From: Octopus sinensis
Lineage: Eukaryota
Assembly (NCBI RefSeq): GCF_006345805.1
Contig: NC_043000.1
Coordinates: forward strand, 75,578,001 to 75,642,000
DNA: 64,000 bases
Reading direction: 5' to 3'
The notes under the pieces are model-generated. The model made no database searches. It was not told where the DNA came from and saw nothing but the letters and a program-made list of their open reading frames with translations. The position numbers and the translations under genes are program-made. Of this stretch, positions 37,195 to 48,207 are shown in pieces (position 1 is the first letter of the stretch; each line of letters begins with the position of its first letter).

Positions 37195-37870
37195 ATACCG
37201 ATGAACACTGTTCTCACCCCCACCACCAATACCGGTGAACTCTGTTCTCACCACCACCACCACCAATACCAGTGAACACTGTTCTCACCCCCCACCACCA
37301 ATACCAGTATACCCTGTTCTCACCATCTACACCGGATACGCCTTACTCATCTACACCGGGTACGCCCTACTCCCTCCCCCTCCCTCCCCCTCCCCCCACT
37401 ACCCCTTCTCCTCATATGCTTTCACTGTGAAAAGACAAGCTGCTAGCGCCATAGCTCATCAACTGCCCACCGATCTTACGCTTCCTCCTGACACTGCCTC
37501 ATTCCGACCATCCCCTTTAGTACCCTCCCGCCTCGTAATATCCTACGTTTTTATTTCTTAGGAACCTTCACCAACCCCTTCCTGCCATCGTTCCTCCTTA
37601 CCCCAACCTTCCCCACTGGTTGCTCCCCTATATTACCCGCCTCAACTGGACCCCCCCTCCCCAACTCAACTCTAGAATATCTGTATTTCTTTCCTCTACC
37701 TAATTACGTTACTCAGTGACGATAAATGCTGTGACTACAAAGACCCGGGCTGCTTTCTGCAGCAATTCCACATACCCCCTACCCATTCTAAGTACCCCGG
37801 ATCCCCAAAGTACCCTGGATCCCCAAAGTACCCCGATCCCCAAAGTACCCCGATCCCCAAAGTACCCCGG
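37195..37870 (+). repeat. Two minisatellites (about 33-bp unit x4 at 37195-37330; about 17-bp ccccaaagtaccc(c/t)gat unit x5 at 37793-37870)
   Basis: Repeated units visible directly. Confidence 0.75.
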
Positions 37871-37899
37871 ACCTCGTTGCCCCCGTGCCGCTGACACGT

Positions 37900-38140
37900 T
37901 AAAATGCTCGAACCGATCGTGACGATGCCGGACCCTCCGGCCCCTGTGCAGGTGGCACGTAAAAAGCACCCAATCCACTCACGGAGTGGTTGGCGTTAGG
38001 AAGGGCATCCAGCCGTAGAAACTCTGCCAGATTCAGACTGGAGCCTGGTGCGGCCCCTGGCTTCCCAGACCCGGTCAAACCGTCCAACCCGTGCTAGCGC
38101 GGAAAGCGGACGTTAAACGATGATGATGATGATGATGATG
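37900..38140 (+). repeat. RTE 3' tail
   Basis: ggcacgtaaaaagcacc...ggaaagcggacgttaaacgatgatgatg. Confidence 0.85.
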
Positions 38141-38141
38141 A

Positions 38142-39405
38142 TATATAAGGTTGAGTAAAAAGTAAGCAACGTTTTGAGATTTTTGGAGAATTTTGAAATT
38201 TTTCAAACATTTTTTTGAAAATATCTGATAATACAAAGACTTGCCCAAATGCATCAATAAATTAACATTGATATTTTTTCACCATTGTTACAATCATCTG
38301 AAATTGAAATGTCAAAGTGTTATAGCTGAGCAATTTTGCTATTCAACTTCAAAAATGGAACGTAAGGCAGCTGAAACTGCTTGTGATATCAGTGAAACGT
38401 TTGGTGAGGAAAAACCAGAGGGTGGTCAGCTTGAAAATGGTTTAAACGATTTCGCAGTGGAGACCTGAGCCTTGAAGATCATGAGCATAGTAGACACCCA
38501 TCTGTCATTGATGACGGTCAATTAAAGACCATCATTGAGGAAGATCCACATAAAACTACTTGAGAATTGGCAAAAGAACTTCAAGTTAGCCAGAAAACTG
38601 TCTGCAACCATTTGCATGTGATTGGAAATTCAAAAAAGCTTGACAAATGGGTAGCACACAATTTGAATGAAAATCAGAAAATGTGCATATATGAAATTTG
38701 CTTGTCATTTCTTCTCCATAACCAGACCGATCCATTTCTTGACTGTATCATAACTTGTGTTGAAAAGTGGATTCTGTACAATAGTAAAAAACGTTCTTCA
38801 CAGTAGTTGGATCAAAATGAAGCACCATGAATTCTCCCTAAACTTGAGTTCTTCAAAAAGAAGGTTATGGTGACTTTTTGATGGAGTACTGCTGGACTCA
38901 TCCACTATAACTTCTTAAAACCTAGAAAAACCATTACTGCAGCAACATATTGCCATGAAATTGCCAAAATCAACGAAAAACTGCTACTCCTCCGTCCCAG
39001 ACTAGTCAACAGAAGAGGGCCAATCATTCTTCATCATAATGCTCGACCACACGTTTCCCTAATGACGCTCCAGAAGTTGGGGGAACTTGGCTACGAAGTT
39101 CTCCATCCAGCTTATTCCCCACACATTTATTTCTCCTACCGACCACCACTTTTTAAAGTACATTGATGGTTTCCTGTGACAGAAGTTCAAAAATTAAACT
39201 GATGCTGAAAGTCCATTAAGAGAGTTCATCACCTCCAGAACTCCAGATTTTTATGTTACCAGAATAAACAAACTTGTAACTCATTGGCAAAAATGTGCTG
39301 ATTGTAATGGTACTTACTTTGGTGAATAAAATTTCCGCATTGTTGAAATATAATGTGATGAATTACATGTTTCAAAACGTTGCTTACTTTTTACTCAGCC
39401 TGATA
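38142..39405 (+). mobile_element. Degenerate mariner transposon (Hsmar1/cecropia-like), copy 2
   Basis: TIRs tataaggttgagtaaaaagtaagcaacgttttga / tcaaaacgttgcttactttttactcagcctgata with TA flanks; SKKLDKWVAHNLNENQK, CIITCVEKWILYN. Confidence 0.9.
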
Positions 39406-42004
39406 TATACACACTCACACACACACATACATATACTCACAAACACATATATACATACATATATATTTATATATATACATATACACTAACTCTCACACAT
39501 ATATATATCGAGTGGGAAGAGAAAGAAGATCTTACATAACACGTACACATGTATTAATTCCGACAATTAGGTTTAAAATTGATTATTTTAGAAACACGAG
39601 ACAAGAATATCAGAAAAGTTTGAAAAAAAAAGCATTTAGTAAAAAACTGCAAAAATTTGCATCAGTTGATATGGTGAAATCTTGAAACGAAAAGAAAAGA
39701 AGTTCAAATATAATTAAAGTCTGTGTCTAGTCACGGAATTTTCACATCCAATTGCCTAATTCCGTCGTGACCTACTTTTAAAATAACTCTTCCACATTAG
39801 GGGAGCATTAAACATTCCCAGTGAATACTGATCAATGGTAAAAAAAATATAGAGTTCCAATTTTTAATTGAAGTCTAGAATAAAGTATTCTTAGTGAGAG
39901 AGAGAGAATTGGAGTAGAATATGCATTTGAAATCTTTAATTCTCAGTCTCAGGAAGAGACATAATTAACAATTGTCGAGCGTAGATGTGTCTTTGTTTTG
40001 TTTCTTTGTATGTATCGATGAACGATAATAAAGAATACCTTAGCTGGAAATTTTTCCCAACTCGTGTATTGTTTTATCAATTTACTTTCAGATTGCAAAT
40101 AAAGAAAGGAAAAGAACAATCAAACTGACTGCTTTCTTTTCCTGTTATTTACAAACCGCTTTCTCCAGACTCTCACATATACACCTAACATGAACATTTT
40201 CAACAAAAAATGATATGCATGAATAAAGGTTGAATGAGACTTCAATACTAACGATAGGAACAGATGTGAGCCTTGAGATCAATCAGAAATAACAATCATT
40301 ATTAACGATTCTTTCGGGGACGATACCAACCAGGTACTAGGGTCGATGTAATCGACTAATATCTTCCCACTAAAATTGCTGGCCCTGTGCTAAAATCTGA
40401 AACCATTGTTGATGTTGTTTATTGCTATTTAGTGATTTGAATATCACAAAATATTAGCAGGTATTTTAAAAATTTTCCCATGAAGATTTTTTCAGCTAAT
40501 GGGCTTTTCAGTTGTTCAATACTTCAGTATATGTTATAAAGTAGCAACTATCTCGCGTTTTTTTTTTAGTTGTTGTTCTCGAAGTAGATGGCTTGTATAC
40601 TAATCATAGCATAAATGTTAAGGACATGTTTTGATACAATCTTTGTCAATTAAGATGTGCAAGAAGAGGAAAGATAATGTCAACAATAACAAAATGGAAG
40701 TAACAGAATTCGTCTGCTTGGCTGTGTTAAACATGATATGGGTACAGATAGACACTCACATAGAAATAAAACGACAGATAGAGAAAAAAAAAGAGGTTTG
40801 CTGGAGACATCTGTGTTGTTTTATACATCACATTTAAATAGTTATAGATATAATGCAACCAAATATGCGCAGCGATTAATGCAGCATTTCCTGAGTTTGT
40901 ACCTCTAGTAGTAAGTTCACTGCAAACAAATGACTTACCCGTTCTAATGAATCAGAAAGCTGAACCATTTTCCCCAATATGTACTTCTCAAAAGCATTTG
41001 TCGGCCATATTCAATCATAACTGAATAAGACATTCAAAAATAGGAATGGAAAAAATTAACAAGAAACGACACGAAAAAGTTGAATTCGTGGATGTTTCAA
41101 TGGAAAAGAATAAAAAAAACAAAAAACAAAGAAAACATCGACATTTAATTATTCTTGATATTTGAAAAATATCACTAAACTTAAGAATTTTATAAAATAT
41201 ATGAAAGAAGTTATAAAATATAGAACTATAATTATCAATTAACGAAAAAAATAATGGAACAAATGTTAATAATATTCCAAACATTGTTCTTGTATTTGGA
41301 TTCGAAACCAGACACATTAGACATTGTCGCTTTTCCACCAATAAATCAGTCTTCGTTTCATATTGCCTTGTTTCTCGACTACTAGGTAAAGTAAACCAAG
41401 GTTATTCAGTGCACTGCTTAGTAGAATAGGATGTGGTGAGATGAAACTCAGGAATCTTCGACTGATTTTATCAATTCAGATAGTCAACTGTCTGGTACGC
41501 TTTTATTCTTTTGGTTTGCTATCACAAATAGGAAGTGGAAATATAGATACTATTTGGTAATGTCTAGGTGGACGTGTTGAATGGTACCCCAAAAAAATAA
41601 ACAAAAAAAAACTGCTATTCAAACTTTTCATTCCATCCCATCTCCACAAATTTTTGCTTTTAACTCTTTTTCGGAAATATTTTAGACACCACCCCGCTTT
41701 TAAAAATACGGAGATTACAACTCTGATTTTTTTTTTTTTTTTTGTTCTTATCCAAAATTTCAACGTTTGGGATAATTTTCCACTTTGTGATCATAAACTA
41801 AAAAAATACCGAAAACAAATTAAAGCAGGCTGTTCCTCTTGTGATTGATTCAAAGATCTTTAATAATGTAACCATGACTCAAACTGTACTCTTAACAGTA
41901 AGTTTTTATAAAGTGAATACAACACAAACGTAAGTCAAAGGATGAGGATATGAGCGATCACCAGACGTGCTAAAAATAGCAGTCTCCTTTTCCTTAAATC
42001 ACAC

Positions 42005-42392
42005 CCTATATAAAGCTGAAATTGTCTGTGTATGGCAGGTTTGGTAGCCTTCAACTAACACTATCTCCTCCGAGACCCTGCGGCGCAAGTTGACCAAAAT
42101 TGAAAGTATGATAAAAGAAGGCTTGCTCTTCATTCCGTAGAAGAAAAAATTCAAATCGGACCGTGTTAACACCAAAGATTATTTACATCAAAAAGGTGCT
42201 TTTTTTTTCTATGAAAAACCCTATTTTTTACGATTTTTTGACTGCTGTGTCGCCATTTTTCGGTGTATTTCAATAAGAAAAATGTTCACTTAAAGAGAAT
42301 AACGAGCTACATAATGCAAAATTTTTACTTTTCAAAAATTCCAATTCTAAAGGGTCGAAACAAACCCAAGCAACGCCGGGTGATACTGCTAG
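42005..42392 (+). mobile_element. Non-autonomous Helitron
   Basis: ctatataaagctgaaattgtctgtg head; 3' hairpin cccaagcaacgccggg then gatactgCTAG|t. Confidence 0.7.
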
Positions 42393-43171
42393 TTTAAAAT
42401 ATATCTAAAAATATTACATTGCATTTGTTATATGATACCTAAAAAATTTAAATGATGAAATGGGATACTTTTTATCCTAGCTCTGTTCTTTGAGGGTTAG
42501 CTTAATAGAAACTCTGTTCATTGAATAAAAGCTTTGTCATAATCAACTTTTCTTCCTCTAAATGGGACACTTGTATATCGATATCATTGGTCAACGTAGC
42601 TGCTTCCGCGTCATGCAATGTGTCAATGACAAGTGAAAGTCCACCCCTTTCTGAGTACTCGTTACGATGAAGACAAAGAAAGGAGAAATGGTTCTTCTAT
42701 AGAAGTTAATGAGATTGAGAAATTCTCACAGCTGGATGAACAGGAATATTTGTAATGCCATAGACTTCTTCCTTTAACAGAAGAATCCTATCTTTATCAA
42801 TATGTCCCAAAAATGTAATAGAAGAAAGGCCAAAAAGGACATTTACTGGGATTACACCCACCTATGACAATCTAGTAAAAAGTGCTGTTCATGCTGTTTT
42901 TGCTTAGGACTAGTAATCAGAAAGTTGCTGCAGGCAAAAAAAAAAAAAAAACTAAAGTCAAAACCACAAGTGACTTCCTCGCTAAATTTTTGGATTTCAA
43001 ACACCAAAAGACATTTGAAGAAATTCAAAAAGGATCCACAATATGTTAATATTTGATCCCTTACATTGTATGAAAAGCTGAGTAATTGTGACTGTTTTAG
43101 AAACATCAGCAGGTTTTATGGAAATCTGATTATAAGTGTGTACTAAATAGATTTTAAAAAGTACAACAATG

Positions 43172-43416
43172 TGTGGTGTGAATAATGAAGAGGACAACAG
43201 AAAAGGAGAAAGGAAATATAATTAGGTCTTACCTCGGCGAAGATTAGTCTACCAAACTCAGCGTCCAGTCGCTTCCGCGTCTCAGCTCCAACTGCCCCGG
43301 CTTCGTTGATGCCCCACGTGCGTCGTCCCTCACCGCTTCCGCTTCCTGCCGCGCATGCGCCCTGCAAGCCCTACTTCCGCCCTCCCCTATCTGTCGTCCT
43401 CTCCACCGACACCACA
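43172..43416 (-). repeat. 3' LTR
   Basis: TG...CA termini; direct repeat of 46993-47237. Confidence 0.95.
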
Positions 43417-43482
43417 CGCCCCCCTGATCTACAGATCACTGAACCGGCTTTCTCACTCGCTCCCCGCTCCCGAACTCACACC

Positions 43483-46370
43483 TTAACTGGTTTCATAATC
43501 AGCCAACCAGGGAGGAGGGTGCCGTTCCCTCTGTGGTCGCAGTGCGACCCTAAGACTGGTTCCTGGTATGTTGCTGCTGGCCTCATCATCCTGTCTACTG
43601 GTGTTGTTTTCATCTTGCCCACTGCTGCTGGTCCCATCCTCTGAGGTATGGACAATCCTCCGTATATCCAAAACGTGGCATGGCATACCATCGACCGAGA
43701 TGTTATTCTTTGAATTTACAGAGGTTATTGTCCCCTTTCCCCATTGTGATGTACACCGTGCGTTTGGGAGTTTTACCCAAACTTCTTCCCCGTCCTGCAC
43801 GAAGGCGTGCTCTTCCTCTGCCCCGGGTCGCATTGATGCAGTACACGGATGCCTCTACTCGTACCTGAATATTGCCCTGTGTGGCACCGACTCTTCAGCC
43901 TGTCCTGATCTGGGCGACATATTGTACCAAAATACAACCTCGATTGGTGAAATGTGACCCCTCTCTGCCATGGCCTTGATGGTGCGATGATGCCTTTCCA
44001 CTACCCCATTTCCACTTGGCCGGTATGCCGCCCTGAAGAAGCGGTTGACTTTCCACCCATCAAGCATTTCTTTCAGCACATCTGAGCGAAATGCAGTGCC
44101 ATTATCCAGAAGCAGTTCATCCACGGGGCCTCGTTCCAGGAATATCTCATTCAACACTTTCACAATTTCTTCTGCGGTCCCCGTCTTCATCTCCCTCCAT
44201 ATGGCCAACCGCCCCGGTTCGCAGTCAACCATTGAGAGGTATGTCCCCTGCCGGTAGTGTGTTATGTCCACCGCCAGTCGTTTCCAGTCATGGTCCACTG
44301 GAATACTTCCCGCTTCATGTACGCCCGGAGCAGGGTCGATGGACTGGCACCTGTCACAACTGCTGACCATCCTCTGCACGCTCTGTCTTGTTACATCGGA
44401 GTAAACTTTTCTGGCTAGGAACAATGTCCTGTCCACACCCATGTGATGCATGGTATGCAGTTTCTGCAACTCCGAGTCGCTCAGACGGCATACTGCAGCT
44501 ACAGCCTGCTTCGCATCCTCTGGCACCTGCAACCAGGCTCGCTTTACCCTGGTCAGGACGTCTGCCCTGTTCTCGGAAGGCACAAAGATCATGCTCAGCT
44601 TCAGATTGAACTCAGTGGTTAGTTCACGCAGTATTCCCAATCGACGCTTTACCAGCATCTCTGCAGCCCCTTTGGTCCGCACCCTCCGCTCATTGGTGAT
44701 GACTGCTGTCACCCAGCCAAGTACAGTGGCCAAATCAGTCCTGGTTTCTATGGTGTGCAACCCCCACTTCAAGGCCAGGTTCACCCCCTTCAACACGGCA
44801 TCCAACTCCGCCACATTGATGTGATTGCAGTCATCCGTCTTCCTGAGCCAGGCTGCATCTTCCACCATGACACCTCCCACTTCTAAGACAACCCGTGTTG
44901 CGATGCTGCTGGCGTCACACCATACGATCCCGCTCTTTGATTTGGGAACATACTAGCTGCCCCTCACTGGGTTCTCTGCTCCTACTCTGACCAAGACTTC
45001 CTGCATCATGTCTATCGTCTTCTCCCCCACTCTATCATTCCACTTCACTCCTTCGGCTCAACTCTTGATGAAGCTACATGCTGTCCGGAGCCAACCTGCA
45101 ATCGGGTAGTGTCCCACCAGCTTCCCACACACAGAGAACAGTTCCCGTCTACTCATGCTGGCGCCCAGTTCAGGGACCTCATTCCCTCGCCGGAACACCA
45201 ACGCACCGGCCTTGTCTCTCCATAGCTTGAGGCCCAGTGCAGCACCTCCCTCCATTGCCTCTGGTGGCTTGGCGATCAGTCCCAAACTCTTCAGGTGGCC
45301 TATGACCTCCGTTGCTGGTATCACGGTTTCATCCACCAGAATGTCATCGATGTACGAATTGGTGGCCCTTTTTACCCTGTCCACCTTTCCCAGGATAGCC
45401 TTGAGAATTGTTGCCATAATCTTTGGCGCTGAATTCAGCCCGAACCCCAACCTGGAAAGACAGTAAGTCCGGCCCTTATACCTGACGAGCTGTTACTTCC
45501 ACAATTTCTCAGCCACATGCACCTGTAGGTATGCCGACTTCAAATCAACAATCGTGGAGGCCCCTGTCATCTGTCTCCACTCTCGCAAGGTGTCTCCGCA
45601 GACATCCGTGGCCTCGCCGCCTGTATGACACGATACGTGGTCATTCAGCTCTCGGAAGTCAAGCACTGGCCTGACCTTATGCTTTGTGGGCTGTATCACC
45701 GCCATCAGTTGCAGGACTCCGCTCTCTTCTTTTTCCCAAGGGATTAATATGCCCTCCTTAATCCACCGCTCCACCTCCCCCTCAAACTCGCTTCTGGCAT
45801 CTCCTGCTGATAGCAGCCCACTTTATTCTTTAACATCGGGGGCTCTCCCTTCCAGTGCCACTCCACTGTCCACCTCTTGCCATCAAAGACAGCTCGAAAA
45901 TCCTGGTCTTCAATGGTGTGCACAGCATGCTTTTCCTCACGGTTGTCGCCGGTGCATGGTCTCGCCCTACACGGTTTCCCCGCTATCCCAAATGTTACAC
46001 CAGCCTCGTTAACGGTGACACCTCCCAAGCGGGTGATTGCATCCATCCCCATCACCACGTCGATCACGTCCACCAAGTGACCAACCACAATCGCTCGCAG
46101 CGTCAGCTGTAGTCCCTGCACCACAATCCGCGCATCTGTAACCCCTTCGCAGTGTACTTTTCTTCCGTCGACAGCTCTAACACTGCTTCCTCCACTTCAC
46201 GTCTCTGCCACTTCTGTAGTCATCAGGGTTGTTGTACAGCTCGTGTCCACAAGGGCTCGCGACATCTTCCCCTCCACCAGAATGTCGATCACAGGTAGCG
46301 ACGATAAGCGCGCCTCTACTGATCCGAAGGGACAATTACCGGCGCAGTAGTCTCCCGCAGTCCGTTTCCC
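43483..46370 (-). pseudogene. pol: pol (protease-RT-RNase H-integrase), broken by stops and frameshifts
   Basis: ORF fragments 46197-46418, 45744-46124, 45493-45774, 45058-45450, 43855-44880 and 43483-43833 reconstruct one polyprotein ending RPQRERHPPPWLADYETS. Confidence 0.9.
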
Positions 46371-46939
46371 CGCAGACACTCGCTGGCTATATGCCCCGGC
46401 TCTCGACACCGGTAGCAAATCACCGCTGCTACCAACGTCATCCTACTGCACGAAACTAGTACGCGTACCCGAGATATGATGTCCGCCATCGGCATCGAAT
46501 GCACATTCGGAAGCTGCTGTAGCTCGACCGACATGTTGTCGGGAAAGCCAGTCACGAACGCCAACCTAACCGTCCGGTCCAGCGACTCTCCCTCGTAACC
46601 CGCCAGTTTAGCCAATCTCCTAAGTTCATTGGCAAACACGTCCACCTGTTGCCCAGTCCATCTTGTTCTACCCAGGCGAGCGTATGCCTCGAACATTCCC
46701 TCCGAAAAGGCCTCCATCAACCGGACTTCCACTTTCACCGCGCTGAGTTGGTCTGTCTCTTCCATCTCTAAATACAACGCCAACGCCGGACCATCCAAGT
46801 ACAGCGGCATGAAGCTCGCCAGGTCACTTATACCATGGAGCTTCGCCACTAACTTCACTTTCTTCAGCCAAACGACTACATCCGTGTTGCCGCAAAACGG
46901 TTTTATAATTTCGTGCGAAATACGGGCACTCATCATCAT
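46316..46939 (-). CDS. gag: gag (207 aa, C-terminal CCHC zinc knuckle), open frame
   Basis: ORF track; IKPFCGNTDVVVWLKKVKLVAKL...YLDGPALALY; CX2CX4HX4C motif. Confidence 0.85.
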   Translation of the reverse strand: MMMSARISHEIIKPFCGNTDVVVWLKKVKLVAKLHGISDLASFMPLYLDGPALALYLEMEETDQLSAVKVEVRLMEAFSEGMFEAYARLGRTRWTGQQVDVFANELRRLAKLAGYEGESLDRTVRLAFVTGFPDNMSVELQQLPNVHSMPMADIISRVRVLVSCSRMTLVAAVICYRCREPGHIASECLRGNGLRETTAPVIVPSDQ

Positions 46940-46980
46940 TTTTATTTATAAAACCGTGTGAGAATTGTTTTTGTTTATAT

Positions 46981-46992
46981 GCCGAAATAGCT
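46981..46992 (-). promoter_or_regulatory. Non-canonical primer-binding site complementary to tRNA-Phe nt 1-12
   Basis: Plus strand GCCGAAATAGCT abuts the 5' LTR and equals the recalled first 12 nt of metazoan tRNA-Phe(GAA). Confidence 0.7.
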
Positions 46993-47237
46993 TGTGGTGT
47001 GAATGATGAAGAGGACAACAGAAAAGGAGAAAGGAAATATAATTAGGTCTTACCTCGGCGAAGATTAGTCTACCAAACTCAGCGTCCAGTGGCTTCCCCG
47101 TCTCAGCTCCAACTGCCCCGGCTTCGTTGATGCCACACGTGCGTCGTCCCTCACCGCTTCCGCTTCCTGCCGCGCATGCGCCCTGCAAGCCCTACTTCCG
47201 CCCTCCCCTATCTGTCGTCCTCTCCACCGACACCAAA
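46993..47237 (-). repeat. 5' LTR
   Basis: Direct repeat of 43172-43416; one substitution in the terminal TGTGG. Confidence 0.95.
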
Positions 47238-47550
47238 CAATGTAAAGAAGCCGAGAAATGATTATTATGTGGAACTGAGTAAGTATGTAGCAGAAGCGGT
47301 TACCAGAGGCGTGTGTGCAAGGTTAAAGCTTCAACTGTTTAACATTAAATATCTTCAGTTAGATTATACAAAGCTTCCTCTTTCAGCTGTTACGTGATCT
47401 GGTGATCGGGCGAGTTGGTTGGTCAAGCACAACTATCAAATCGTGTCCCTACAACAAGTCATTTCCCCCATTAGTGGGAAAATCAAGCACCAGGCCACAG
47501 AATATATAAATAGCAGTTTATTCGACTGTCCGGCCTCTTTTTCCTCAGAC

Positions 47551-47751
47551 CAGTGCTTTTCAAACTTTTTGCTGGTGCGGAACCCCAAGGAAACATTTTA
47601 CTGGCTCGAGGAACCCCTGTGCAATAATTTAGTAGTCTTATGCACGCATATCTGCACAAGAGAATAAAAAATTACTGCCGATTTTAGCAGTTTTGTAACT
47701 TCTTGCGGAACTCCTGGACTGTACTGGCGGAATCCTGGTTGAAAACCACTG
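47551..47751. mobile_element. hAT (Charlie-like) MITE
   Basis: TIRs CAGTGCTTTTCAA / TTGAAAACCACTG; perfect 8-bp TSD CCTCAGAC (47543-47550 / 47752-47759). Confidence 0.9.
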
Positions 47752-48207
47752 CCTCAGACCATATGCAGTTACCGTCGTTCTAATGACGTTTGCCTAGCAG
47801 ATTACAGACCACTGTCGTTTTCACGACGAATATTCAACGGCTATCATTATATCCTGCGTTATCATGGCGATTTGTTCAGCAGCTAACTCTACCGCCACAG
47901 CCTACTCGACATTGGCCTCCTGTCGTATTACTAACTCTACTCTACATTGGACAGTCATGTTACCAATTTTGTTGACACCTGCTATGAACTGAATATGTTT
48001 TCTGTCTGATCCTCACACACGACATCGCACACACGTTTCTGATACCCTTCTAATTTTGTCTAACTAGTTAGCATTTACTTGGTATTCAAAAAGGATTCAC
48101 GACATGTTAATATTTGATCCCTTACATTGTATGAAAAGCTGTATTTGTATAATCTATCCCAAATAAATTATTATTGTATAGAGTTTAATCTTCCTTTTAT
48201 GACAGAA

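Larger units (their letters stand above)
43172..47237 (-). mobile_element. Complete 4.07-kb LTR retrotransposon (Gypsy-like order gag-PR-RT-RH-IN), coding region degenerate
   Basis: LTRs 43172-43416 and 46993-47237 (245 bp, 5 differences by eye); TSD CAATG (43167-43171 / 47238-47242); PPT-like agatcagggggg at 43419-43430; gag with CYRCREPGHIASEC; protease ALVDTSC; RT YIDD; integrase HHMGVDRT...CDRC, LAVDITH, LLDNGTAF, NGVVERHHRTIK. Confidence 0.95.

Noticed and set aside
37195-37870. CRISPR-like array
   Set aside because: Contiguous degenerate minisatellite units with no unique spacers, in a eukaryotic context with no cas genes.
39730-39771. pre-miRNA-like hairpin gtcacggaatt ... aattccgtcgtgac
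   Set aside because: The stem is only about 11 bp with a bulge; too short to call without small-RNA data.
40939-41020. Minus-strand exon (ttcag ... GG|GTAAGT)
   Set aside because: All three frames contain stops; it could only be a UTR exon and nothing else supports it.
46978-46992. Tf1-style self-priming or a reversed canonical tRNA-Phe PBS
   Set aside because: No complement of the PBS was found inside the LTR. The match continues into UAGCU (the tRNA 5' side) rather than CCCGG (the 3' side), and a 3'-end PBS here would be on the wrong strand.
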